A DNA stretch of 62,274 nucleotides, filler included, from Basidiobolus ranarum (Eukaryota), in assembly GCA_040143965.1 (NCBI GenBank). It is 7 parts of 7 records of this genome, joined end to end, with 100 filler letters (N's around TTAATTAATTAA, not from the genome) between each part and the next. Parts side by side here need not be neighbours in the genome. Positions count along the whole stretch, not along the records: positions 1 to 8,832 come from JASJQH010000914.1; positions 8,933 to 17,760 come from JASJQH010000915.1; 5 more parts are not named here. One strand, 5' to 3'. Below, piece by piece: positions 1 through 11,845 of this stretch (positions are counted from its first letter, which is position 1; each line of letters begins with the position of its first letter). The notes below the pieces were generated by a model that did not search any database, was not told the origin of the DNA, and worked only from the letters and a program-made list of their open reading frames with translations. A program made the translations under genes and the position numbers.

Positions 1-570
1 TGGTTATTATTGTTGAAATTAGCATTGCCTAAACACCTATATAGTCATATATAGCTTAGTATTTAGTTATCCTATATTGGGCAAAGATATCACTCACTAA
101 TCTTGATTGGAATTTACTTAGTATAATTTACCAACATAGAAGTTCTCTGATATATAGATTTTTCAAACTTGTGCTAGAAGCCCCAAACTCTGCACACATA
201 TTTCTGGGTCCTTCTTTAGCATATTCTATTTTTAGGTTACTATTTAGTTATTCCATATTTCAATAAGATATCACTCACTAATCTTGATTGGAATTTACTT
301 TGAATATTTTTAGCAACTGTGAAGATCTCAGATATATATATATTTCGAACCTCTGCTAGAAGCCCCAAACTTTACATATATGTTTTTGGTACCTTTCTTA
401 GCATATTCTACATGTTTATTTTTACATCTTGACAAAACTGTAAATGGCAGCTCTCTACTCAATAAATGAGTAAGTTAAATCCACCAATTCTTCTAGTTAT
501 CCAAATCACTTCCAGCAAACTCTCAAAATTTTTTAACAAAAACAGTATGAGATCTAAAATCAAGTATTTT
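1..570 (+). repeat. Dispersed AT-rich repeat family, copy 1 (two tandem ~180-bp subunits plus conserved tail)
   Basis: Subunits at ~63-228 and ~243-413 share gatatcactcactaatcttgattggaatttactt...gctagaagccccaaact. The tail caataaat..aagt..aa.ccaccaatt...ccaaa.cacttcca recurs at 11740, 35690 and (reverse) 17680-17760 and 55170-55250. Confidence 0.9.
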
Positions 571-774
571 GTTGTAATTTGCAGCAAGTTATCCTAGGTG
601 TTAGTGTTTTTGATAGATATAGGTATAGGTGAAAAAAAGATGTGAGTAATTTTATTAAAAGGTGGAAAAGTTTAGGAGGAGGATATCAAAATAGGGATAG
701 TTAAGGTAAGGTTACTTTACTAGGAAGGGTAGGGTTAGTTTCCTAAGAAAGCTCAATAAAAAATCCAAAACCTA

Positions 775-963
775 ACCGAGAGGAAAAGTGCAGTCATACC
801 ATGACTCTAACCCTAACCCACTTTGACCAATCAAACTGCTAAGGTTCTGCACTCTTACCAAGAGGCAAAAGTAGTAGGAAAAGTGTACTCTTACTGGAAT
901 GATCATAACCATAACCCATTTTGACCAATAAAATTGTCAAGATTCTGCACTCTTACCGAGAGA
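775..963. repeat. ~95-bp tandem duplication with telomere-like CCCTAA units; probable terminus of the repeat element
   Basis: Units 781-864 and 876-963 both read aggaaaagtg...taacc(c/a)taaccca.tttgaccaat...ttctgcactcttacc. ctaaccctaaccc at 807-819; gggtagggttag at 727-738. Confidence 0.8.
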
Positions 964-964
964 G

Positions 965-1175
965 CAGCCTGGCAGAAGTGGTAGTATTAGACGACTTTGG
1001 AACCGGGACTTTGCTGCAGTACTTACTTTCCGGCATATCTTAACTTTGCTTAGAGAAAAAGGTTCCTGTCCTGACCGATTTATGCCCCAAGAGCCAGGTA
1101 AAAGAAAAGGAAAGCCAAGAATTGAAAAGAATCAAACTCTCTTCCTCCTCAGTTATCGCTGTAGGACACCTATAG
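965..1175 (+). pseudogene. C-terminal fragment of a Fanzor1 / TnpB-like RuvC nuclease
   Basis: Frame from 971 translates GRSGSIRRLWNRDFAAVLTFRHILTLLREKGSCPDRF (WNRD at 998-1009). This matches the RuvC-III WNRDxxAxxN motif and the RRLWNRDLAAVLNFRHIL..LR..G..P.RF tail I recognise from zygomycete Fanzors. One frameshift gives a basic tail KRKESQELKRIKL...GHL* (TAG 1173-1175). No 5' part is present. Confidence 0.75.
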
Positions 1176-1781
1176 TATTGGTAAGATTTTTAAAAGTATG
1201 TTGATTGTTTAGAAATCATCATGTCCACAAAAAAACCAAGACGTCTAGTTTTAATGTTGACATTCGTTTGAATGGTTTTCTATGATTGTCTAATTTTAAT
1301 TTCAGCTGCTTGTCTAATATTTTTTGCAATCATCTAATTTTAGGTTTGTAATCAATAACCCTATACTCGTGACTTACCTTATTCATTAGCTTTAAAAGCA
1401 GTGACATTCATTTACTTTGCTTTAAAGTTTTGAATTCGAGAAAGGAAACAAATGATCGTTCAACCTCATATTCACTCGCTTAATCCTCTCCTTGTGATCA
1501 TCAACTTATCTCTCAACACTGGCATGACTGATGAAGATTAATTTTAATCACCACAACCCATTCACCATGGATTACACCGAGTATTCTATGCTACAGCATA
1601 TTGATTCGAATTCATATCAACATTAAATATCACCTTTATATATTAACGGTTATTCTGCGTACAAAAGAAAGGATTTATATATGTAGAGAGGTAGACGTAC
1701 ATGTCTATGTAGCAATGAAGTGGCTATCGAATGAGAGGTTGGTTACTCGGCTGCAAGCTGATTAACAGGAAAAGTATATAT

Positions 1782-3424
1782 TCAACTGGTTTCCAACACA
1801 GCCTCTTTTTTCGGAGACTCTGGGATTTCCAATTCAGGAAGTGGTTCAGTTGGGATATTTGGTAGATCATTGATTGCTTGTTGGGCTTTCTCTTCGTTCT
1901 CTAGCTCCATTAAAAAGTCTAGCTCGGACTCAAGCTCACCCATCTCCTCCTCGCCTAAGCCCAGTGGCGCGCCTTGTATACTTTCCAAACCACTTGTCAT
2001 CGCCTGCTCAATCTCTTCCTGATCAGCCATCACATCCTGAAGCTTGTCGATAGTCTCGTCGATAGATTCAACGGTTAGTCCGGTGGAGGACATAACTGAC
2101 TTCAATGTGTTGGCACCCACGTCATAGGCTTTGTATATCTAGAATGGAATTTAGGGTAGTAATCTTAAATGAGAAGAATAGAAATCAACATGGGACATAC
2201 CTCAGCGTCACTTTCAGCCGTTTGGATTTTCAACAGAATGCTATCCATGGTTTCAAATGAGGCGCTACGTTTCTCCAGCACTTGGTTCAACTGTTTACGT
2301 TGACGTAAACAAGACAAAGCGCTAGTTTTCTGGTCTCTAGAGAGGTATTCTTTAGCCTTTTCGGTAAGTGAATGGATACGGGATTGAATGTCGGAGATTT
2401 GCTTTTCGATAGCTGTGCGAGTTTCTTTAATTTGAACGATTCCAAGATCGGAATCTGTAATTTGAATTGGAGTATTTGAATGAACGAATTTGATTACCTA
2501 TAAAAACGATAATAAATATGAATGAGATAGTTTATCGTAAGAAACCGATGGGAATAGAAGATACCATATCTTGAAGTTGTGGTGATGATTTGGAATTACT
2601 TTTATATCCAATCTTTAAACTTTTTCGATTCTTTTCCAAATAATGTACCAAAACGTTTAGATCTTCTTCTGATAATGTGACATTGTCGAAGAGTTGTTTT
2701 TCGAACTTCTCTTTAAATTCATGAAAGGTCAATAGACTATCGGTGATTGCAAAGGTGGAACTTTCCGCTTGTAAACGACAGGCCTTATCCCCTGCTTCCT
2801 AATACATATGAAGTAGAGTTAATACACAACAGGTCATTAGCGTGAAAAGTACCGTGAGTACCTTTAATAGACTCATGATGACGTATTTTCCTGTCACTTT
2901 GCTATTCTTCGAGTCGTCAGCCAAACTAAGCTGCTGGAATCCCCAAAGCAAAGGCGAAGTGCGCAAAGTATCCACCAACCAAGGGCCCCAACCACGGTTT
3001 TCCTTAGTGAAGATTTTAATGGGAGTCAAGTCACCAGAATCGATCATCTCCAACTTGAATGGTATAAAGAAAGAGAAGATTTCTTTAATAAAACGAGAAA
3101 TAAAATCAAAGCAAGTTTTCTATTTACCACAACTTCACCAATACCCATAGGAGTATCCCCCTCCTTTTTAAACACCTCTTCCAAACCCTCCACATTCAAA
3201 CAAAGTACTTCATAGTCTGTATCTCTATCTCTACTTGGTATCAAACCACGTTTGGAACTCTCTAGGAGGACTTTTTTCCAAAAGTTTACGTTCGCTTCAT
3301 AACCTACACGGTTGAGTTCTTTCGACATAGAGAAATCGGAAAATAAAGAGGAGATTCTGGAAGTGGAGTTCCATTCTGGTAAACTATTCAAATAAGCTTT
3401 TAAATCTCGTTCCTCACTGACCAT
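1782..3424 (-). CDS. CHMP7: CHMP7/Cmp7 ESCRT-II/III hybrid protein (winged-helix N-terminus + Snf7 domain), 5 exons
   Basis: Exons 3424-3128, 3053-2862, 2798-2565, 2497-2201, 2138-1782 joined by GT-AG introns in frame. N-terminal RISSLFSDFS..NRVGYEANVNFWK motif; Snf7-type coiled coil ...ALSCLRQRKQL...ILLKIQTAESDAEIYKAYDVGANTLK. Confidence 0.92.
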
Positions 3425-3863
3425 GATAAGAATTGAAGTTCAAAAAAAGCGAAAGAAAAGGATGCTATTAAAAGGATCCAAAGGTGAAAGTAAATTCGAA
3501 GGAGCAATTTCGTCAGATCTGACTCAATCTAATTGGACGTACAGCTGCGTCTCGGTTAACAATACACAATCATTAACTAACAATGAACAGTCACAACTAG
3601 GCATCATGGTAAACTTGAATGCATGGTTCAGTAAAAGCATTTGCACTATCATCCAAAATCAATCTGTAACAATAGGATTTATTGTGTGAAGGTTATATTT
3701 GATTAACATCAGTGGTTATATTAACAATTGAGAGAGGAGCAGTTAGAGGCGAGGGTGGAGGGATTATTCTAAGCAAATGTACAAGTGGATTCTATGTGTA
3801 AAAAGAAAGGGCAGTGGTAATAGTAGTAATTGTGACAGTTGCAGTAGCAGTGCCATCAAGATT

Positions 3864-4835
3864 CTAAGCGGTTAGAGATGCCTCGTAGTAAGGTGGCAAA
3901 CCCATAGTATATGGTGGTGGTTGAACGTAGATTGGCAAAGAATCAAAGGGGTCTTTAAGAGTGTTAGAGACGATGACGACTGGCAATTGAATGTTTATCA
4001 GCTCCCGTCTTTGAGTGACGCGATCTACCAAAACCACCTGACATTGGATTTGATGGATTATATTGATTGGGGCAGTTTGACAATCCGAATTTAAATTGCG
4101 TGTATTTGTAGGTAAGGCAACGGAATGGCTAAACTCTCCTAGTTTACACACTGGATTGTTGATGCTGGTGGAGCTGATTTCTGTGACAGACTGCTTCTCG
4201 AACCCTTTACTAGGCAGTGAAAACTTCCGAACTTCTATTAGCGAAATTTTGATTGTATCGAGAGAAAGGGAAGCATCAGGAACCATCCGAAAGTTGATAG
4301 GGATATCTTGGCCTGGAAGAAAGCATCCCGAAGAGAGATTAAAGAAGTATTCCAATTTTCCTCTGGCAGCACCGGCAGAAAGCACGGGGTCGACCAACTC
4401 CATCTTTCCACTAACTACGTTTCGTTTGATAGAAATCCCTTTCTTTTTCACCAAGTTAAACGAAAACAAGGATCTCTCAACAGTAGCGACGAAGCCGTAG
4501 CTAATAATACCAGTTTGACATGATACACTTTCAGGAGTGTTTCCAGGGAGTTGCATCGTGAATGGATATCTGTAGCAGCCGGGGGCCAATATGCGAGGTT
4601 TATCTTTAGCTTCGAAAAGGTTCCAGGAATTTTGCGCAATAGTGTTGTTAACCCATCCTTCGGATTCGATGAACATATCCAACAACCCTAAGAAGCGTAG
4701 CGAGATGGAACTCACTTTCGTGTGCTTGGTGAGGGTTAACAGAACATTTCCTTCAAGAAGTCCACCATTGGACTCTAAACAAGAACCATTTACAGTAACT
4801 TCTTCCCAAGGAAGCAATATATCTAAAGTAGCCAT
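3864..4835 (-). CDS. Alpha-arrestin (ART/Rsp5 adaptor-like), intronless, 323 aa
   Basis: Arrestin-N motifs LEGNVLL, LAPGCYRYPFTMQLPGNTPES, GIISY; arrestin-C region INIIHQI; C-terminal PY-type motifs LPIY, PPPY, LPPYY. Confidence 0.88.
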   Translation of the reverse strand: MATLDILLPWEEVTVNGSCLESNGGLLEGNVLLTLTKHTKVSSISLRFLGLLDMFIESEGWVNNTIAQNSWNLFEAKDKPRILAPGCYRYPFTMQLPGNTPESVSCQTGIISYGFVATVERSLFSFNLVKKKGISIKRNVVSGKMELVDPVLSAGAARGKLEYFFNLSSGCFLPGQDIPINFRMVPDASLSLDTIKISLIEVRKFSLPSKGFEKQSVTEISSTSINNPVCKLGEFSHSVALPTNTRNLNSDCQTAPINIIHQIQCQVVLVDRVTQRRELINIQLPVVIVSNTLKDPFDSLPIYVQPPPYTMGLPPYYEASLTA

Positions 4836-4913
4836 TATAGTAAATAGAAATCAAGACAGTTGAGTAGATATGATCTTCTGTGCTATGATTTCTGCCATGT
4901 GTAGGTGCCCTCC

Positions 4914-4920
4914 TTTTATA
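4914..4920 (-). promoter_or_regulatory. Putative TATA box of the arrestin gene
   Basis: TATAAAA(GG) on the minus strand ~80 nt upstream of the ATG at 4835. Confidence 0.45.
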
Positions 4921-5499
4921 GTCTCGAGGGCTGTGACACCAGTCAACACTCCGAAAAGGGACTCCACATTTTAACCAATCCAGATACATCATTATAGAAT
5001 ACACATTCGATATAAATATGGTCTCGAGCTTGATATACCTAATTTAGCTTCAAGGTATGACTGAAGACAAATATAGAATTTATGAACCTAAATGGTATGT
5101 CTCAATATGGACTCCATAGACCTACCCTTACCTTATATATTAGAACTGTACGCAACAATATGAAGCCATTAGTAATTGCAAAAATCAATAGATTGTGTCC
5201 TTTTCGAGAAAAAAATTGACAACTTGTATTTGAAGTTCGGTCTTTGCATTGATTGGCCAGGTCTGTGATGAATTGAATGGAGTTAGGGTGCTCAAGTGAT
5301 ATCGATATCCTATATCCTCCTTGATGACACCCGACCATAATCTTAACCATATGGTTGGATCGACTTGACGCAGTAAAGTTTACATATACATTTTTGCTTA
5401 TTTATAACGCGTATGTTTACTTATCTGGTGGGGGTCGCTAGTTCCCTCTTGATAACGTGTGAGCGATAAGGCAAGAGAGGGAAATTTAGAGAAGCTCCA

Positions 5500-8400
5500 T
5501 CAAAATAATTGTAGCAGTGAGAACCGTTATCGTAGCCGATATTGATGTAACAGGGCAATGTGTTGTGTATTGGTAATAAATTAATGAGCTATAGTCATGG
5601 TTATGGCCGTAGTGACAGTAGTAATTAGCTACCACAAGGAGCTAAACGACTGCTCAGTTCATATCAGCATCTGCTGCACAATCTTCAAAATGTGGAGATA
5701 AACTTTCATCTCAAGATCTCAATATAGACGATAGCTTAGTAATCCCGTCCAAGTACACAAGTCATATTTGTATCACATCACTTTCTATCAATGTGATGCT
5801 CGCTTATCTCACACTATGCCGAAATCATAATAAGGAACGGAACGTAACAGCCACATATAGATCAAGTTCTGTGAGAGACAGAGATTAGTAGAGCAGAGTT
5901 GGATTGATCTATTCGACAAAACTTGATTTAGATTTGGATTTAGAATTCAACTCTTAAATGAGATTTGCATATTTAAACAATTCAATTCTAGAAAGTTCGT
6001 TTAAATTCGATCCTTAGCGATGCTCGGAACACTGATTACTGTTTCTAGCAAGTATCGATTCTCCTCCGGCATTTGCCAAAAAATTAAAGATCAATGAACT
6101 TCTCAGTTCAATATCAAGCCAGTTCATGAGTCAGCCCCATCCCCGATACTTTGTGTACCTCAACTTGGTTTATGCAGTATCTGTTTCCAGATTCTTGGGC
6201 TTGTTTTTTCCCGCACACACCACAGGGAGCGGCATTAGTCAATTGCTCACTCAAATCTCCATCTCATGTAGGACCAATTGGAGTACAGAATCTAAGTATC
6301 TAAGTCTCAACTTGAATTTATAAGCATGATGTTTCTCAACCATTGATGAGCCACTAAGCGTGGAGCTGGAGATGAACAGAGTTGATACGATTGCTACATC
6401 AACACCTACACGTGGCTACAATGAGATCAAGCTTATAGAGATTAGTAATTCACGAGTCCTCCTCATGAACACTATTTACTATTTGATCGATTTCAAAGAA
6501 AATGTTTCCTGTAGAATCATCCAAGTTCATATGGCCGAAAGTGGCAAGGGGCTAGAGCATGATAGTTGTCGGGTGAGATTCCATAATAGGAGCAGGAGGT
6601 TATGGTTTCGAGTTAATAACTGAGTGAGTTAGCGAATGGACACGATGCTAAATCACAAGGTCATCCGTCCAAAATGGTGTCGATCAAGACTATGATGAGG
6701 GTCAGAGCGATCTATTCTAAAAGAATCCTTTCAAGGGCAGAACTTTCTATATTCACTCTGAGCGAATCCTATCATTAGCTGGGACACATTGGCTGGTTGA
6801 AGACTACTTTCTCCAATTCCTAGATTTACCTAGGGTCAATCACACTTCGGTCAACGTTCTCGTGATTAAAGCCACTTTCTACAAACTAAGTTAAATCGAT
6901 GTTGGATTTACTTTTAAGCTACACGATACTGTCCATAGACCAAGTTCGAGTCCAGCTAAGATATAGCTTGCGTAAGCATAGGTTTTCTGCTGTTCTCATC
7001 AACAAGATATTTGAACTTTGAAATCAGACGTAATAGCTCTGAGCTTGGCATTATGCATGTTACTGCGTATATCATTGAAGAAATAGTAGTTAATACACGG
7101 TGGCATTCAATCATTAGTACCCACGATAACCCAGGGCGATTCTCGAAGTTAGCATCCATAACCTGATCTAGATTGTATCTGGAAAGAGCCGGTTCAGTAT
7201 TTTACTCAGTACCTTCATAGACGGGATTATCGCTGTGATTATATCAGGGTAAATTTGTCAATTAGGTCAGGTGTCTGGACATATCTGGAGTTTAGATTCA
7301 TCTCGCTGTAATTATTCTGAAGTCAAGCTATGTTTACTAGAGATTTGTGAAGATGGAGGGATCTGGGTTTTAAAGATAGGAATTAGGGTTTCGAGATGCT
7401 TGCGTAAACATCCAGATACTGTGTAGACAGGCTAGATGGCTGCACATTTAGTAGTTTATTGATGTCATAACTGAAGAGTCATTTTTGAAGAGTAAATCAG
7501 AATCTGGGCCTCTCACCAGTCAAGTTCATATTTGGATATTTAAACCATTCTGCTCTAGCATTAAGCTACCGGATTTACGATGGTTATGAGAGAAGAGGTT
7601 TATCCAAGTTAGAGTTAGAGATTTAAGTGGAGAGTGTAATGGGAAAATGAACAGCCAAACCTACTGTATCTAAACGTTTGGATATATGGCAGTGTACAGC
7701 CCGTCAATCATTGATTCTATCTACTACTGTTGTAATCGAATAAGCTGTGGCTGCCATATTTCCCAACAATAACTATGATTTTTATTCTTTGATTATTCAG
7801 CTGTTTGAGAGTATTGGAGAGAATTTATCAAATAGTAAATACCTAGAAGCCACGCGTGTATTCCAGGTATCACCAGCAACATATACCAATTCTATAAGCC
7901 AAATAATATCAATATCTAAAATTCTCAGGATACATCAAACCAGTTCGGTTTTTTTTACACTGCCTGCCAGAAATAACAGTGTTTGCGGTCAATCAATTCA
8001 TTTATAATCAAAGGTTGTTTAAACTGCATACCATATATCGTCTTGCTAATGAAATAGGGTTTTGGATATAAATAGGTAGATTTAGGAGTGGTAGGGTATG
8101 CAGATGTATAGTTTTAGCACTGCTCAATGCGAGTCCCAAACATTGTTATACTCTACGAGTTTCAGAGAGGTTTGATGCGTCGATCCAGAGAGAGAGGGTA
8201 GCATTTGATATTTATTCTTCAGATGCTTAAACTAGTACAATTTTAAGTGGAAGTTAAGATGACTAACTAAATACACAACTAAACACAGGCTAGTGATAGT
8301 TTGGAAAGTGGTAAACGGTAAGGGGCAAGATAAGAAAGTTAATCCCAGAGCTTCAGCCACTCAATGCCATAAAACTCACCAAACCCTTGGTAAAACCTTG

Positions 8401-8821
8401 CGTCCCAAATACGATCCACACCATTGGTACAGCCATCGAAATGAGGTGCTTTCAATGGATTATCCTACGTTTCAGGATCAGATCACGGATCCGCATATCT
8501 TTCATGGCTATTACCAAAGAGACATTAATAATGTACCAAAATAATACGAAAATTTACTCAAATATGACAACGCGGAAAGAGGCCACGTAACATTGATATT
8601 GATCGAGGATTTTCTGCATTAATATCACAACGTCAACGGCGTTTGAAGATGGGAGTTACGTTGAAACAAGAAAAGAGGCAAGAGTGCTGATATCGATTCT
8701 TCACATGAAAGCACCATGATGATGAAACAGGACATACCAAAGTACTATTATCATGTGTCAAAGAGAGCGATTTCACCAGTACTAACGTTAAAGCATACAA
8801 GGAAAATGAAAGGTAAATCAT
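5500..8821 (-). pseudogene. Heavily decayed secreted/cell-surface leucine-rich-repeat gene (tentative)
   Basis: Signal-peptide-like MIYLSFSLYALTLVLVKSLS at 8821. Scattered LRR-like fragments on the same strand (NKYQMLPSLSGSTHQTSLKLVEYNN ~8210-8145, LHTLPLLNLP ~8100, LSLTELDLY ~5880). Thr-rich fragments ITTVTTAITMT and CPVTSISATITVLTAT at ~5630-5510. Many stops and frameshifts. Confidence 0.35.
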
Positions 8822-8832
8822 TGTGGTGTAGG

Positions 8833-8932
8833 NNNNNNNNNNNNNNNNNNNNNNNNNNNNNNNNNNNNNNNNNNNNTTAATTAATTAANNNNNNNNNNNN
8901 NNNNNNNNNNNNNNNNNNNNNNNNNNNNNNNN
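8833..8932. other. Artificial contig-joining spacer
   Basis: N44-TTAATTAATTAA-N44; stop codons in all six frames. Confidence 0.99.
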
Positions 8933-11249
8933 GATCTGTTAGAAGAACCTTCTTAACAAGGTGATGATGATGTCAGTCACAAGGGATCAAGATTCTCCTC
9001 ATCACTCAATTAGAGAGATGACTATATTTAGAAAATGATGAAGACAAATTTAATCCATCGAGATTTCCATGGCTATCCAATCACTGCTCTGTGCCAGTGG
9101 GACTCTGGGGACCATCGTGTGAATTGATTTCACTGGCAATATCTTGGTGATGGCCTCTGGTACTTCAGTTCAGAACTCTTAGATATGGAATCAAACATTT
9201 GGACTGCAATACTAACTGGGTAGAGAGATCAAGTTGCTAGTATGAGCAAAACGGATTCAAGCATTTTCCACGATCTATTATCGGTTATAATCGTCCCAGT
9301 TTTGTCCCCTGGCTAATGTGCTTTCAAATCTTGCAGCAGGCATATGTTGTATATCAAATGCAAACTATGCTGGATCTATTGTCATTGGCTTTAGTAAGCG
9401 AAGAAGAACGATTTTGTGCCTCTTCTTTAGCCTCTTTTGCACCTAGTCGTTCAGTAAAACTCATACCAAACGTCCTAAAAATCGAAATATAGCTCAACTC
9501 ATGTATGCAGTAAATGATCCTATCTGACGGAATCTTCCATGTCCAAGCGGCTGGCCAATGCAGTTTAGTGAAAAGCATGTAGTAGCACTCGCTCACAATG
9601 ATCGTAGATATGTTGAGCTTCAATTAGAAACTAGTGGTTGCATCTCGTACGAAACCAATCGTAATTTGCATGATGGTCCAGCTTGTACTGATAACCAGAG
9701 TTTGCTGACAATTAAATAAACTATGGCATCGGAACCATTGATTCTGTTATCTCACATACGCTCCGATATCGAGCCGTAGTCTAGATCTTTTTTCGATGCA
9801 ATCATGCAAGAATTTCACCTCAGAGGGTTCTGTCTCATATCAAGGATCAGATCGTATCGCCATAAAATCAAAGGATTGGTTTGAACGTTAGTTCGACATC
9901 GATTTCTCATATTTAGAATGGGTCTTATCGATAGGGATACTTTGCACCAGATCATTGTAATGGGCTTTAATGTCCTTTTAGATCATGATAATGAGCTGTG
10001 TTAGACATTGGCCATCCAGACGAAGTATCAACCTTTGAAAAGCACTAACCACGGTAATTCTCCGAAAAAGATGTTGGTGGCCGCTGAAATAGATCGTTGA
10101 TATTCATCCGTGATTCAAGAGTACGGATGTCTCATACAACATTCCATCAGACGGCACAGTATAGTCTTTGATACCGATGCCCTCCCAGCCATGTAGTTCT
10201 GAATATGCATGCAGTAGTTAGATTCTACTATTCTAGAATTATCTTTTCCACCGTATTTTATCGTTCAAGTGATGCTCTGCATCTTGCTCAATTGCCACCT
10301 ATAATATTTTTCCGATTAAATACACATAATCTGCCCACAATCTACCCATATTTCTACCATCTGCGCTGTAGTAATATTAACGAATGGAGAGCAACAAGTA
10401 TGGTATCGTGCAATGAAGGCATCCCGTACAGCCTATTACTGGGTATGTACTCTATGTAGGTCCATTGGAAATTCCCACCTGACCAGAAATACTGTTTACG
10501 TTATGTGGAAGGACATACGTGATGATAGTTAGGAGGGTTATAGTGAATATTGAATATTATATAGATATGTGTGTACTAATACCTCTAGATCATAATTGCT
10601 TCGCTTGAAGATAGAACTTAATAAAGGGAGAACATTTCTGTCTCTCACAAACTCTTCCAAATATATCTGGTATGCTTAACTCACACAATGCAACCTTAAC
10701 TACCAAATAACTACAGCAATGCCATGGTTAAGGCAGGAATATGCATAGCACCAAGTGGAAAGTGGGGAATGATATACTTCAGCCTAGTTGCTAAATCATC
10801 ATTCAATAACCATCTACAATCTGGCATTGAATACTGTACACGCTAGCTCCAGGTGCAATATTGAGATATTGCTGGTTACTGTGCACTAATATACTTTACA
10901 GACTATTAGTTTGATGCCACATAGAGTGGTATAATATTTGTATAGAAGGAAAAAATTCCTTTTCTAACTTTATACTATAGTATTCTGCTACAATTGATAT
11001 TCAAACAAACTGATATAATTATGAGTCAATTTTTTGATTCATAAGGACAGCTTCTAATTCATTGAGCTCATCTATCTCTCAAGCTGTACCATCAATCAAT
11101 CCTGTATCGGACTTCGCTGAGCATATATTTGTCTGTATACTTTCTTTATCAACTAGCAATAGATCAAATACCAACGATCTTCTTTGCTACAGACATCAAC
11201 CAGTATTTGAATTACCATTGTGTGTTTTCCTAGTCTGAGTGTAATTTAT

Positions 11250-11845
11250 TGGAATTTACATAGCCTAAACATCTATATCGTCATGTATATCTTAGTTATT
11301 CCATATACCAGTAAGATATCACTGCCTATTCAAAATTGGAATTTACTGAGAAGTTCTCAGATATACAGATTTTCCAAACTTGTTCTAGAGGCCCCAAGCT
11401 TTGCATACATGTTCCTGGGATATTCTTTGGCATGCTCTATATGTTTTTTTGCTTCCTTTTGACAAAACTATACATTTTTGAACTTCTAACTCAACCACGC
11501 TGAAATTAGCATTGCCTAAACACCTATATAAGTATATACAGCTTAGTACTTAGTTATTCCATATTTCACCAAGTTATCACCCTCTATCCCCAATTGGAAT
11601 TTACTTAGAAGTTTAAAGATATATAGATTTTTCAAAGAAGCCCCAAACTGGGCACACATGTTCCTGGGACCTTCATTAACACATTATACATGTTAGTTAG
11701 CTTATATCTTGACAAAACTATATATGTCAACTTTGTATTCAATAAATCAGTAAGTGAAAACCACCAATTTCTCTAATACTCCAAACCACTTCCAATAGGC
11801 TCCCAAAATACATTAGCAAATGAAATACTGAAAACAAGTATTGAA
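11250..11845 (+). repeat. Dispersed repeat family, copy 2 (two tandem ~250-bp subunits plus tail)
   Basis: gcctaaaca.ctatat...ttagttattccatat...ggaatttact...gccccaa occurs twice (11260-11480, 11500-11720), followed by the shared tail at 11734-11840; homologous to 1-570. Confidence 0.9.

Noticed and set aside
807-819. CCCTAA motifs here and at 55509-55522 as true telomeres
   Set aside because: Only two units each, internal to contigs and embedded in a dispersed repeat.
1230-1250. Palindromic agacgtct plus CTAG as a Helitron 3' end for the Fanzor element
   Set aside because: No convincing GC-rich hairpin at the expected distance upstream; cannot be supported from one copy.
4096-4500. Antisense or alternate-frame ORFs over real genes (e.g. 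4096-4500, 42497-42922, 43785-44386, 48166-48468, 59499-59843, 60291-60641)
   Set aside because: Shadows of the coding strand with no independent motifs.
8877-8888. Recurrent palindrome TTAATTAATTAA every ~8.9 kb
   Set aside because: Sits in the centre of N runs; synthetic six-frame stop linker, not a biological repeat.
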